Assembly (NCBI GenBank): GCA_965202585.1
Contig: OZ241827.1
Coordinates: 52,266,001-52,330,000, forward strand
Length of the DNA: 64,000 nucleotides
Source of the DNA: Thalia democratica
Taxonomy: Eukaryota
Reading direction: 5' to 3'
The position numbers and the translations under genes are program-made. Under the pieces are notes generated by a model, which saw only the letters and a program-made list of their open reading frames with translations, ran no database searches and had not been told where the DNA came from. Of the stretch, positions 12,048 through 25,783 are shown one piece after another (the stretch's first letter is position 1; each line of letters starts with the position of its first letter).

Positions 12048-15000
12048 CAACTGATGAGTTCACTATACAAGTAGTAAAAGTTTTCAAGTATGTACAGTAT
12101 TATTTGATAGAGTATTTATTATTTTTTATTGTGATTTTTTAAAAACTATTAAAAAAAGAAAAATTTCTCTTGATCCATTATCAAGTTTATTATATAAGTT
12201 ATATTTTACTTTTAAATTTGTTTTTACCTAAAGTTTATTAAATATTTGTTAAGTTATTTTTATGTAAAGTTTATTAGATATTTGTTCAGTTTTTTTCAAA
12301 ATACATTTCTACATTAAAGAGTATTCTTAGTTAGATATTGACATTGCCTTAAGTTTTTACAACAATTATAGTTATGAGAATTAGCAATTATAATTGAGCA
12401 ATAACATAAATTAGAAGTACTCTATATTTATATTTTATTTTTTTCTAAATAAATTTAAGCACATACTAAGAAAGTTTAAAGATATTTCTTAAGTATAGTA
12501 TGATTTACAGTTATTGTTTTATACTCGTGTTTATTCTTACTTTTATATTTAAAGACGAGATATATGTTTTTTATTCACTGTATTTCTACGACTTCTCCCT
12601 TTTTATGTTATTATGAAACATTATATTGCATTTTTCGTTCTTGTAAAAAGAGCAACAAGAAAAATGTGAACGTACATGATCGTAAAAATTGAGGTCTAAG
12701 GGGAGGAGACGGTGTGATGTCCATGGTAGACTATGGTTTCCATAGTCAATATTGGCAGAGATCGGTACAAAAAAGAGTGCACAACAATTTTTCTTTTAAA
12801 AATAATTATGTTTTGAGTTAATTTAAATAATGATACTTTGAAAAAAAAACAACTAATGTTGATTTTTTGTTGAATTTAAGTTTTTTTTTTTTTGTTGTTT
12901 TAATTAAAACTGCTCGAAAAAGTTATAAAGTGTATGGTGTGACGCTCGATAACTGAAAGGTCTTTCTCCACACCAATCCATTGGCCATAGTTGTGAGCGA
13001 TCACATTTTTCTTTCGTTCACACATTAAATGATGGAATTAATTATAATGAACTAAAAAAGTATTTAAAAATAGTTAAAACTTAATCTTGAAAGAAAGAAA
13101 AACTAACAATAAGTTTTTAAAAAAACTTTATAAAATATATACAAGACACTTAATTACGCAGCATAAATTTACATGAGTAAAATAGTACTAACTAGAAAAC
13201 TTATTGAAAAAACAAAAGATGAGTCATGTTATTTTTTGATAGTTTTTAAAAAATTTGAAAAGATAGATTACAACAGTTTAAAAATTACACATTTAATAAA
13301 AATAGATATCAAGTTTAAATAAAATAAAATTAAACAACTTTTAACTGCAAATTTAACAATTGTTAACAAGTATCTAGAAACCAACAATTAATTATCAAAA
13401 AAAGCACTAATTGTAGACATAACATATTAAAAGTATTAACAAAATACTATGTTATTAAAAATAATAATAAAATAGATTAGAATATTTTTAACAACAATTT
13501 AAATCATCAATAACTTAATTTTTTTTCTATTATAAATCTAGCTGCCATGTATTTAAATGTTTTGTTAACAAAAATATTTAACATAACTTCAGAAAGCTAC
13601 TAAGTTTCACTACTGCGTGGCGGAAATAATTTTCTACACTAAACAAATTGACTATTATATAGTATTTAAAGATTATACAACTATTTCTTATATTTATCGA
13701 TATAACTACGTTTTTATAAGTTTTCGCATAGTTTATTTGTTAAATAGCTTAATAACTACAAAATCGCAACTTGATATAACGTTCAGCGGTGAAACTTACT
13801 AACTGTCTAAAATTGTAATAACTATTTTTCAATATAAAAAGTAAAAACTCTTCACTTGAATTTATGTCTTTGTTAAATCTGTTTTAACAAGATCTTTTAT
13901 TTTTATATAATTATTAAGAGTCTACAAAGTTAAAGTCTTTAACAATATGCAACATTAGACATTTTAAAACCTTTACTTTTTTTTTTACTTAAGTTTTTAT
14001 TTATAAAAAAAATATTTAAAGCATTGTGTATTTTAGTTAGTATACTTCTTCCAAAATGTAAACTAGTTATTACAGGTAATATTAAAGTAATGAAATTATT
14101 GGCTTAATAATTGACTTTATTAGTTTAAAGTCGTGTTGCTAACTATTAAAAAAAAAAAAATTTTTTGTTAGAATAGGGGTGTGTCTAAACTTTTTTAAAT
14201 GAAATGCAAAATTTTTTGGTGAATAATAGAGTATTTCGTGTAAAAGCTTTTAATAATACGCATTAGAATATAATATAGACAACTGTCTAAAACTTCTCAG
14301 GTATATAAAAAAGTTTAAAATTTAATTTATTAAAAAATATCACTAAAACTGAATGCAAATCTTTATGTAATCCAGTTCTTCAACTTTTATTAAACAAAAA
14401 CTTAAATATAAACCTAATTCCTGTTTTTGAAAATGTGAAAAATTTGCCTTACATTTAGAAGCTAACTCGAATAAGAAAATATTTTATACATGAAAAAACT
14501 TAAAACAAAGTACAGATAAAAATTAATAATTAACTTGTCAAAATAATAGAAAAACATGTTCAATGGTATGTAAAAAAATACTTAATTAAACAGTTCCAGT
14601 TAAAATAATTTAGCTACTAACTAAATTTAAATCAAAAACAAATTATACTTTTGAAAACAAATTAACAACAGACGTGAACCATTATTTTACAACTTGATGA
14701 AAAAGAAAACAAATTTAAAAACTACGGTTTTTTCATGATCTAAAAATGAAAACAACATGTTGATTTCTTCAAAAGTTTCTAAAGTTGAAAATAAAAGTCT
14801 TTGAGTTGTATAATCATAAATAAATAATTTTTTAAACACTTTTGATTGGCCTATTTTAAATAAAAAGTTTCATTTTTTAAATTGTGCAACTTTTGTAGTT
14901 ATAAAATTTTTGTTAAAAAATATGAATAAATTTTTACTTATTATCAAAAATCAACTATAATGATATGAACTTTTAGTAAACTATTTTAAAAGAAAACCAT

Positions 15001-18000
15001 ATTTAATCACTTTCTTATAACACTTTTTTTCAAATACTATAGGGGTTCCACAGGAAACAAGTCAAAACACGCTCCTGGTTCAGAACAAAACATTTATCAA
15101 AAAAATAATTTTTATTTTATATAGAATGCGTCCCAGTGAGTTAATTCTTAAAATTTATTTATAAAAGTTTTTAAATTGTATCAAAAATTTTACTTCTGTA
15201 GTTTAAAATTTTTTAATCATTTGAATTTTTTTAACCAACAAAATAAATTCATTGGAAAGTATATTCAAAGGTTAAACTGAGCTGACCGAGTCAGCAATTA
15301 TTTTAAAGACTTTAATTAAATTTATTTTCTTTATACCCTTATTTTATCCCTAACCAACCTTACCCATTTATATTAAAATCTAATTAAAAAGTAAAGTTTT
15401 GAATATTTGAATAAAAGAAGTTATGATTTTTTTGCTGACTCATCATTTTTTCAGCTCAGACTGACCTCTAAGTATAGTAGCCAAATTCATTTAACATATT
15501 TCGAATGAAATTAATTTTATCTTCATAGTTTTTTTTTAAACTTTTCTATCGGAATACTCAACTTTAAAGTATCAAGTTTATTATATTTAAAAAAGATTAA
15601 ATGCACCATAACACAGAGCTTAAGTTAATATTTACATAGGATTTAAAAAAAAGTGTTTCTTACAAAAAAATTTTTATTGGAATCTTTTGAAACAGTGCTG
15701 TGCAAACTGAAGTTATTAAAAAAACTTTTATTAATAACGTACTTTATGAAGGTTTTCCAGTTAAAAAAAGCACCTTATTATCAAATCAATTTCTAGCTGT
15801 ATATGAAAAATTTAAGATTGTCGCGTATTGTTATGTTAATATAAATTTTTGGGTCGTTTTAATTAATGTATTTCAACACTAGTGCAGTTAAAAATTATTT
15901 AAACAACTTACAGATATTTTCAAATCTAATAAAAGGAATCAGTAAACCAGAGTTTAAAATAGTTTAAAGTTGGATCCAACCCTTTTTTTTTGTAGAAAAG
16001 TATTTTTCATACACACAACTTTTATTACTAGGTATAAACGTGTTCAGTATTATGTGGCAGTCTAAGTAGCAAAAATACGTTTAGTACTAAAATTTATAAA
16101 AAATATACTACAGAAACTTTGTGTGGCTTTAAATTTAATTTGTGGTATAACGATTACAACAGTAAAAATTTTCCTTTAAGTGTTTCAAGTTTTAGTAGGC
16201 TAACATTTTTTATAATAAAACTTATCTTCTAGAAAAAAAACTGTTTCAAATGGATTGTTTACACATAGTTATTCAAACATTTATTTGTTGATTAAAACAT
16301 ATTTTTCAAAAATAAAACGAAAACTAAAGCAGGCAACTATTTTAATCCAGTAAACAAAGTATAAGAAAATTACAATTTTAAAATGCTAAATTTATATCTT
16401 TTGTATCTTTCTTAATTACCTGTAAAATTTTCTATAACAATTGAAATGATAAAATAAATTGTACATCTGATAGGTAAAAGTTTATTTAATAAACTATTTT
16501 TTAAATTAGCTGTAAAGTAATGTGAAGTTATTAGTATTTCTTTATAAGCATTTAAATTCATTTTTACATTACCTAGATAGTCTCTAGTTAACATGTTCTT
16601 TCGTTTCTATCAGTAAATCGTAAAATTAAGAAATAAACACAACAAACTATTTTTGCACATGTTTTGGTGACTTTAGGATGAATCTATTTCAATAATGAGG
16701 AAGTAAATCTACTTTTAACTAATTCATAAAGTTAACAATATTTCTAAAAATTATACTTAATTTTAAAATCCATGTAAAAACTTTCATTATTTAAGTAAAT
16801 CTAAAAATAATAATATACTATAAACTTGAAATTTTACAGTAATTTGTATAAAATACTCTTTTAAAAAAATAAAATCTTAGTTTTCATAAAAAAAAAAGTG
16901 AAACTTTTCGTGAGTTAATTAAATACTAGTTTATTTTCTTTGCTAGAAGTTTGTGGACTTAATAATTAGATTTAAAGAGCAGGTTTACCAGTTATAAAGT
17001 AATATTAACGGGTAGGTGTCAAATGTTAGTAAATTTTACATAAGTTATTGTAAACAGGAAAGAGCTCAACTAAAAAGAGCAAATAAATATCAATAAGATA
17101 ATTTTAAATTCCAAGTTTAATATTTAATTCAATAATAAACTCGGAATTTGAAATAGACACATCTGTTTAGGTGTCAAATAAGCACGTGTTTTATTTTACC
17201 ATCACTCTTACCCCTAACCCGTGGTCGACATTTTTGTTTTGTATTTAATTTTTTTTACTATCACTGTCACCTCTAACTCTTACCCTTAGTCGGTTTTTAT
17301 TTAAATCAATTTTTAATATAATAGTAATAATTATTAATTATAACATTTGCTTCAACCTCGAGCAAATTGACTCTTTGTGCAAAAGTCCTCTGATAAAAGT
17401 GTGTTCGTACAAAAGTTTCCCTTCGTGCAAAAGTTTTTTTATGCATACTTGACCTGTCCCCATTATTAAAACCTTAATTTATCTTTCAGCTCTAGCTTAA
17501 TTTTTATTACCCCCTATAAATAGTTAATTGTGTTTATTAATATCTAATTGAAGAACAATGGTTTAAAATTTTTTCAAAAAGTAAGAAAATACTTAAAATA
17601 AAATTCTATTTATACTAGTTAATTTAGTACATATATTTCAACTACTTAAAATTAGTTTGTCGCATAATAAAAATCATAACATCGGCAAAAATCATTAGAA
17701 TCAAAACTTAGATTTCATGTGTCGTGAGACAAGCTCCATATTTATTAAAAAATTGTTTCGATCGTTACACTTTGATCACATAGTATCAGTACTTTTGATA
17801 GACGTATAATTAGGTTTTTATAATAAAAAAGACAAACCAAACGTCACTTAAAAAATAGTTTTTACTTTGCTAAACGTTCCGAGCACGGTAAAAAAATAAT
17901 GCACACTATTGTACACAGGTACGCACAGTGTCGACCACTGTATCACACTACAACAGTTTCAGTTTAAAAAAACGGTTGTAGTGTTAATCTAGCGTCACTA

Positions 18001-18082
18001 TAAACCTGCTGTGATTAGAATGCATATATATCAAATTAAGTCATAAAATTTTGTTCTTGATTAATGTTAACGGTTACATGAA

Positions 18083-19995
18083 AATTCGAATTCCGACAAC
18101 TCAAATTCTTAAAAAGTATTTTTATTGGTCACAACTTGAAAAATAATATATAATTGATAAAAACAAAAGCTTGGACAATTAAATTCTAACAATTCCAGTT
18201 TTGACAACTCAAACCCCGAAAATTTAATTTTGGGCAACTCAAATTCCGACAATCCAAGTTTTGAAAACTCAAATTTTTTACGACAAATCAAACTACGGCA
18301 GTTCAAATTTGGACAATTCAAACTCGACAACTCTAATGCGTCAATTCAAATTTATGAAACCCGATTATTCAATTTTAGAAAATATAAACTTTGCCATTTC
18401 GAATTCCGACAATTAATATTTTAAAAATTACAGTTTTAGTCATAAAATATTTTTTAAATTTGTGATATTAAAGTTTTGACCGAACTTTTTTTAATTATCT
18501 TGAAGAAACAAATTTTGCTTTAAAAATGTTTGTTAGAAGTAAAATCATGTTTTTAAATTAAGCTATTATTTAGATATTAACAATAAATTTTCTTTGTAAT
18601 TTTAAAATAAAAAAATGAAGTTGTCACATCAGTTTATACTTCAAGAAAAAAAAAACCTTTGAGGATTTCCAGTATAATTTTTGTATAACTCATCTTGATT
18701 TGACTTGAACATGTACGTACACAACATATTAAGCGCAGGTACTTATTTGATAGTTTTTGTGGCATACTTACAAATATAGAATAAAAATGTATCTTGTTTT
18801 TTAATTTACATTTTTTTTACCAATTTTTTTTATTTTATTGACTTAATTTGTAAAGTGTACTTTTGAAAGTTAACTTATTTAGATTAACTGTGACAAACAA
18901 AGCAATTAATAAAAACTGTATATAATAACCTTTTAGGAATTATTTTACTTAGTTAATTTTTATTTAATATTTTTCTCTTACTTTTATCGTATGTTTTATT
19001 TTTTGAGGTTTAAAACGTTTAATTAGAAAAATCAACTATTTTTAGCTCGTAATAGATTGTAAAAGCATGTGGTGTACGGCTCAAAAAACGTTATCAAAAC
19101 CGTACACCAGGTCCTGAGAACAAAATTTTTAAGCGCTTTTTATTTTATCGTTCAATAAACGATATATACTAATTTTGATTCTAAATATCTTTCATTTATT
19201 TAAACACTTTATTAGATTTATTTAACAACTTAAAATCTTTAATAGTGTACTATTGGAGTGCAACATTTTATTGTTTTTAATAAAATGCAAAGTAAAATAT
19301 AAAACGTTAGAATTAAATGACTAATAAATACTTTACAATACTGCGACTACACATTAATTTGTGCTTTGAGGTTTAAACAATAGTAAAAAAAAATTTTTAT
19401 TATCTTTAAAGGGTTTTTATCAAACTCTGTAAAGCGTTCATTCTAACGCTAAAGTATTTAAAAGCACAACAAAATTAATTGAACAAATATGCAGTAATCA
19501 AATAAGCATGTTGTATTTTAAAACTTTAATAAGTTTAAACGCATATAAGCTTAAAAACAACAATTATAAAGATGCCTTACAAAAAAAAATATCAATTATC
19601 TATCATTTTGCTCCTAACAATTTTTGTATTTATTTTTGATTTCAAATTTATTTTTTGGAATTATAAAAAAATAAATAAAGCTGTCAAAACTTTATTAGAA
19701 AGAACCGAAAAGGCGATGTTTTGATATAAAAAAAATCTTAAATTTTTTTTCAAATTCCTCGATTTTAATTATCGGAATTTAAATTGTTAAAGTTTGGGTT
19801 GTCTAAATTTGAATTGTCCGAAATTGAATCGTCAGAATTTAGGTTATCGGAACTTGAATTGTTGTAGTTTGGAGTGTCAGAGTTTGAATTGTAAGAAATT
19901 CTAGTTCTATGAATTTGAGTTTTTGGAGTTTAAGTTGTCGGAAATTAAGTTTTTGGAATTTATTGTCGTAATTTGAATTGTCGTAATTTTAATTG
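18083..19995. repeat. Two oppositely oriented arrays of a ~15-bp unit (TTCCGACAACTCAAA) at ~18083-18420 and ~19750-19995
   Basis: The left array reads AATTCCGACAACTCAAA and the right array reads the reverse complement (AATTTGAGTT..GTCGGAA). Probably subterminal repeats of one old DNA transposon. Confidence 0.6.
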
Positions 19996-19999
19996 ACTT

Positions 20000-20227
20000 T
20001 TTCCCTAACTCATATTCATAATCTCTCCCTTGGAAAAGAACAAATCCTCATTAAGAGAATCTCAGAATATCTAGTATAAGTTTTGCGGTTCCCAATTAAA
20101 AGTAGAGAAAAAAAGGACTGAGGGGTAAATGATGAGATATTTCAAACTTATACTAGATATTCTGAGATTCTCTTAATGAGGATTTGCTTTTTTCCAAGGG
20201 AGAGATTATGAATATGAGTTAGGGAAA
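20000..20227. repeat. Near-perfect ~84-bp inverted repeat with 60-bp spacer (MITE-derived)
   Basis: 20000-20083 is the reverse complement of 20144-20227 with one small mismatch. It shares the GAATATCTAGT(A/G)TAAGTTT motif with family C. Confidence 0.85.
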
Positions 20228-23200
20228 CCTAAAAGGCCTAAAAAATTGTGAAAAACCGATAATCTTTAAATTTGTGTTATAATTTTCAAAACTAATGCAA
20301 CTTATTCAGTCCAACTCTGGATTGAAAACAGTAAAACCAGCTAACACATTTGTTAGGATTTTAAGGTTTATTGCCAAAGGTGTTTTGAGCTTTTTTTTTC
20401 AGGTTTTCTAATTTTTTTTTCAAGTTTTTAACAAACAAGTTTTTTGGTCTTGTAAAATTAAATTTTAGATAAAAAATACTTTAAATATGTTTTTTAATTT
20501 TGATAATTCTACAGATTTTTTTTCTATATGAGAGATTTTTTGTATATCTGATTGAGATTTCATTACTTTAAATCTAAAGATTCCAGGTTTTAGCAATTTT
20601 CGTTGAAAACTTCAGATTCAAAAAAAATTCTCAAATTTCAGGTTTTTTGGTAGCCCTGTTTAAACTATTTATTCCGGAATCTTTTTGTTATTGCACTCCG
20701 CAAGGTTTAGTAATATAGAGTCTGTAAGTTAAGTTAGAGGTTTTTATGTTGTACACTAAAACTATTTTTTACATTGCTTATTATATTCTTAATTTGTGAA
20801 ATGGTAATGTGGTCTGTCTCTTTAATTTGATAAATTTTTATGTTAAAATGAACAGATTCAAGGTTTCATCAGGAGTTCTTTGTATAAAGTTTCTAAATTT
20901 TTATCAAGAGTATCTTTAATTAGCTTAATGTATATAGGATATCAGTCCTTTAGTTGCTTTATTTCGTTAATTACATTAACTTTTATCTTTTTAAGCTTTC
21001 TGACATACAAAATTTTAACTCAATATATTCTAGATAAAGGATATTTGACTTCAGTAGATGCGTTTTAGTAGTATCATCTTTAGATTGCGTTAACTATAAG
21101 GGTTAAAAGATTTTAATTGCGTTTTATCAAGTTACTTCAATCAAGCTAAGTTTAAATTCAAGAAATAAATGTAAAGTTTATATAGTTTTTAAGAATAAGG
21201 TACGATTTTACTAATAAAATATTTTATGAAGTAGGATAAAATCTTTTAAAGTAACATTACAAGGTTAACTAGACTTTTCTTAAAATCATTACAAGGTTAA
21301 CTAGACTTTTCTTAAAATCATAACAAGTAATTCCCTGGACAAGACATTAAACTTTATCCGTGGCGAACGACTCGATAACCGAAAGCTTTTTTGTACACCA
21401 GGTCTTTGAACCAAAATGTTTGAACGCTTGTTTTTTTTTTGTCGTTAAATAAACAATTCAATTAGTTTATTTATGTATTTACAAGTTTAATTGTTACATA
21501 CTTATTTTAATACTGTGTAATTGTGTTCAATGTAACAGTTAAAACATTAAAGCAACGTCAATGAACTAATTCAAACATAAATCAGATTTGTGCCACAGGT
21601 AACTCAGTAATAGCTCTGTGATATTTATTTTCGTCGGAAGATTAAATACGTGCATTAATAAGTCATGGAACTTAAAAACTATTTAAAATGTCAAGAGTCT
21701 AGCTATTTCATTAAATAAATACAATCATAAACTAACAATTCTACAAATATACATACTAGGTTGAAAAACATTTATTTTATGGCTAGTAGTTTTCAAAGAG
21801 CTTTATTATGAATATATACAAAAGCCCCTAATATAACTATTAAAATTAAGCTATCTGATCAGGGACAAAAGCTTCAAATGTAGATATTTAATAAGATTTG
21901 CGATACTTTGTCAAATTATCGTCAAACAATGAAAAAGTAGTACTAAAAAATTAATTTGCAACAAATCAACAATAACTATTAAAAAAAATGAAGCAAATAT
22001 TTTTTTCAAATAGTTAGCAAAAAAAAAAAATTAAAAGACGAAATTGATTGTTTATTATATAAACTTAAGAAAATCTTGTATTATATACAATTTCTTTTCA
22101 TTTTAGTAATCATTCCAATTTGAATTTTAGTCTATAATAAGATAATTTAAACTTACTAGTTATATTAGGAGCTTTTTTTATATTTATAACAGAATCCGTT
22201 TTCAAAGTGTCATTTGAAAAAGATTTGCTTTTTAGCATGTTGTTTTAAATTTCAGCTTATATTTATTTTTTGCTACTTATGTTCCATCATGATCAATTTA
22301 TATACTTAGTAAGAAAACTTTCAAACAAAATTAAAAACTTCGTCACCTTAAATAAATTACGGCGATTCATTATAGAAATTTTTTAATTTAAAAATTTTTA
22401 GATAAAGAAGTCATCAACTAGAAAGTATAAGTATTAAAAATTATTATCTAAAACAAATAAATAAAACAAATAGTTTTTTTATAAAAATAAAACTTTATTT
22501 TTGTTAAGTAATTTCCCATTAACAACCAAGTGTGACTACAACTTGATCTCATTTAACATTAAAACTGAAAATCAAAAAATACCTAATTCTAAAGTAATTT
22601 CATATTATTTTAAAAAGGCTGATTTAAAAAATGTTAACAAATACTTGTCAAACATTGATTGGACTTCATTATATAATAAATCAAAAAATCTCCAAGACTT
22701 TTATGACCAATTTATCGACTTAATTCAAATTTCAGTTAAACTCTTTATTCCACCTTATCCTAAAAATAACAAATTCAAAAAATATCCATCTAACATTAAA
22801 AAACTATCAAAAAAAAAAATTATTCTTTACAAAAAAAGTAAGAAAAATAAATAATTTTCCAAAGATTATAAAACTAAATCAAAAGAATATAAATTAGCTG
22901 TTAAAAAATACAATTTAGAGTATGAAAAATACTTCTGCACTAATCCAAATTTAAAAAAGTTTTATAGCTACGTTAAATCTAAAGTTATATTAAATACTTC
23001 TTCATTGCCTCTTTTATTTGATCACCATAAAGACAAAACAGTAAGTTCAGAATTTAAAACAGCCGTACTTTTTAATAAAAAATTTCAAAATGTATTTAAA
23101 CAAGATCACAATCATCAAAGTTTTAAACAACTCCAAAAAAATGCAGTAAAATGAAAAGTTTTTTCATAAGTTATAAAGACATAAACACATCGACTAAGCA

Positions 23201-23542
23201 CCTTAAAGATAAAATCATCAGAACGCCAGAAAGATTCCACCTTATTTTATTAAGCATGCTATTTCATCACTAGTTTTTCCTTATTATTATTTTTTAATTG
23301 CTCCCTAGCATTATTAGAAGTACCAAAACAATGGAAAACATCTTATGTAATTCAAGTACGTCAAAAAGTTCAAAAAGGTAACAAACATGATCTTTTAAAT
23401 TATAAGCCAATATCCCTAACCAGTACGTTTTCCCTTAATTTTTAACACATTATTTCTCAAGAAAAAAAACCATCTTTCAGACTTTAATTTATTAAACCAA
23501 AAAAATTTAGCTTTGTTCCTCACCGATCATCAGGAATTCAAC

Positions 23543-23698
23543 GGTTTTAGCCAGTATTTATTTCGGCAATCATCAACAAAGTTGAGATGTTTTATGCCAT
23601 CGATAATAAACAATGAACTTCACCGTACGACCAACAACAACAGCATCTCAACATGTCTCGGATGCTGTTGTTGTTGGTCGTACGGTGAAGTTCATTGT
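23543..23698. mobile_element. 156-bp insertion with 9-bp TSD (GAATTCAAC) ending in a perfect 38-bp hairpin
   Basis: TSD at 23534-23542 and 23699-23707. Removing the insert restores the LINE frame SSGIQLLKCLHTW. Confidence 0.8.
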
Positions 23699-24541
23699 GA
23701 ATTCAACTATTGAAATGTTTACATACTTGGTTAATAATTTACTTGAACAATGAATCAGTCACAGTGGTCTATACTGACATCAAAAAAGCTTTTGACTCTG
23801 TGCAATAGGTTATTAAAATTTTCGACTCAATATGGTTTTGATGAATTGGTTAAACGAATTGTTAAATAATAGGTCACAAACAGTAGTCATTAACAACACA
23901 TTATCAGATCCTCTGAAAAATCACAGTGGAGTATTGCAAGGTGGAGTCATTGGTCCTCTTCTTTTTTAAATTGACATCAACAAAATTACTTTAAATACTC
24001 ACATTCAAAGCGAAATAAGTCTATTTGCAGATGACACAAAAGTATTTCGCAAATCAGAAACTTTTTTACAATTAACATTAGATAATGTTCACGAATGGCT
24101 AAAAACAAGAAAACTTGATTTAAATCCAAAAAAATGCCAAGTTCTAACCATCAATAAAAATAAACCCTTCCCTAACAATCTTTTAATTAATAAAACTAAA
24201 ATACCAGCAGTAATTTTTTTTAAAGACTTAGGAATATATCTGAAAATCTAAAATGAAACGAACATGTAAATTATTTATATAAAATTTCTCAAAATTCATC
24301 TTATCAAGTACTTAAAAGTTTTAAGACCAGTTCTGCTAGTATTCTTACTAAATTATTTAAAATCTACGTTCGCCCTAAACTCGAATACAATATCCCAAAA
24401 TGGTTCCCCTATTTAAAAAAAGACATGATTAAAATTGAGTCTGTGCAGAGAAATTTTACCCTTTTTGTTTGTAATAGATGCAACATTTCAAATACTTCAT
24501 ACAAAGATAGATTGGTAAAGCTCGGATTGGAGTCTCTAGAA

Positions 24542-25783
24542 TAGGGGTGGGCAACGTAAATAATTGACAATCCAAAAAAAATAAGTTCTTAGCGGGCCGA
24601 AGGATTTCGAGTAAGTGATCTACCGGATTCAGTTGGATCCTTTTTTAGATCCCGATCTTTATACAAAAATGATATCCGGATCCGGCTAAATACTAATTTT
24701 AGACAAGGTTTCGTGTCTGGTTAGAACTAATTTCAAAAGACTTGGATCCAGCTGGATGCTAATTGATTTGGTTTTTAAAATTTTGAATAAATTTATTAAT
24801 TACCAAGGTTCTCAAGTATAAAATTTTAAGTTAATTTTTATTAAGTACTCTTAATTCTGTATTTATTACAACTCTGGACCGAATTAGTAACAGTTAGTTT
24901 TATAAAAACAATAATTTACTTACTAAAAGTTACTCGAGCCTAAGATTTCAAACTAAAACATTAAAATTTTTTAACTATTCGAAATTATCTAATTTTGGTA
25001 ATCGTTGGCTCGAGGCTTCATAAATAATATTATTCAGAAATTAACTAATATTACAATATTAAACTCCTATCGTTTTATCTAAAAAAAACTTATAAAGATT
25101 CATTCAAAATTTTGTTAGATTGTAAACTGTTATTACAAACATACACAAATAAATTTCCTAAAAAAATCCTAAAGTTTATGAGATATTGTTTTGAAATATT
25201 GTCATCAGTTGGTCATCATTAAACTAAACCATTTAATTAATCAAAAATTCCTTAATTAAAATATCAATACCAGAAAAGAGTGCAAACAGTAGTCTCAACT
25301 TGGAATATTCTACTAAAATGTAAATTTGAGCAGTTTTACTTAAAGTAGGTGTCAATTTTATCAAAAAATAGTTTTCTTTTCATAAGAACAACTCACTACA
25401 CATCTGGAAAGAAATCAATTTTTTACATGTCATTTTTTATGAAAATCATTATGATAGGTAAGATCATCAAAGTTAGTTCAGCAAACAATCTTTTTGGATA
25501 ATTTGAGAAAGAATTAATTCAACTGACTTGAAACAGAACAAGGTACTATAACAAAAGAGTGTTTTTATTACTACAAAAATTAAAAGCCTTTCTTAAAAAC
25601 GTTTTCAGGTTAAAGTCTTACAGTTTATTTTGTGAAAATAATTTAAAAAAGGTTTTGTACAAATTTTGTAATATTTACATTGGCTTGTAGGATTTCATAT
25701 AATTTTGAAAATGCCTAGCGGGCCGGATTCCATTTAAATTTATAAAAGGTTTTGGGGCCGGTCATTTTGTCTCCGGACCCCTA
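24542..25783. mobile_element. hAT-type non-autonomous element inserted in the LINE
   Basis: TAGGGGTGGG ... GGACCCCTA termini with an 8-bp TSD CTCTAGAA/CTCGAGAA (7/8). A related end occurs at ~53620-53791. Confidence 0.75.

Noticed and set aside
17190-17295. Telomere-like ACCCCTAACCC / CCCTTAG motifs
   Set aside because: Only one or two degenerate units inside a repeat; not an interstitial telomeric array.
23543-23600. Minus-strand TTGATGA-TTGCC-GAAA, a hammerhead-like core
   Set aside because: There is no stem II and no matching stem I or III.
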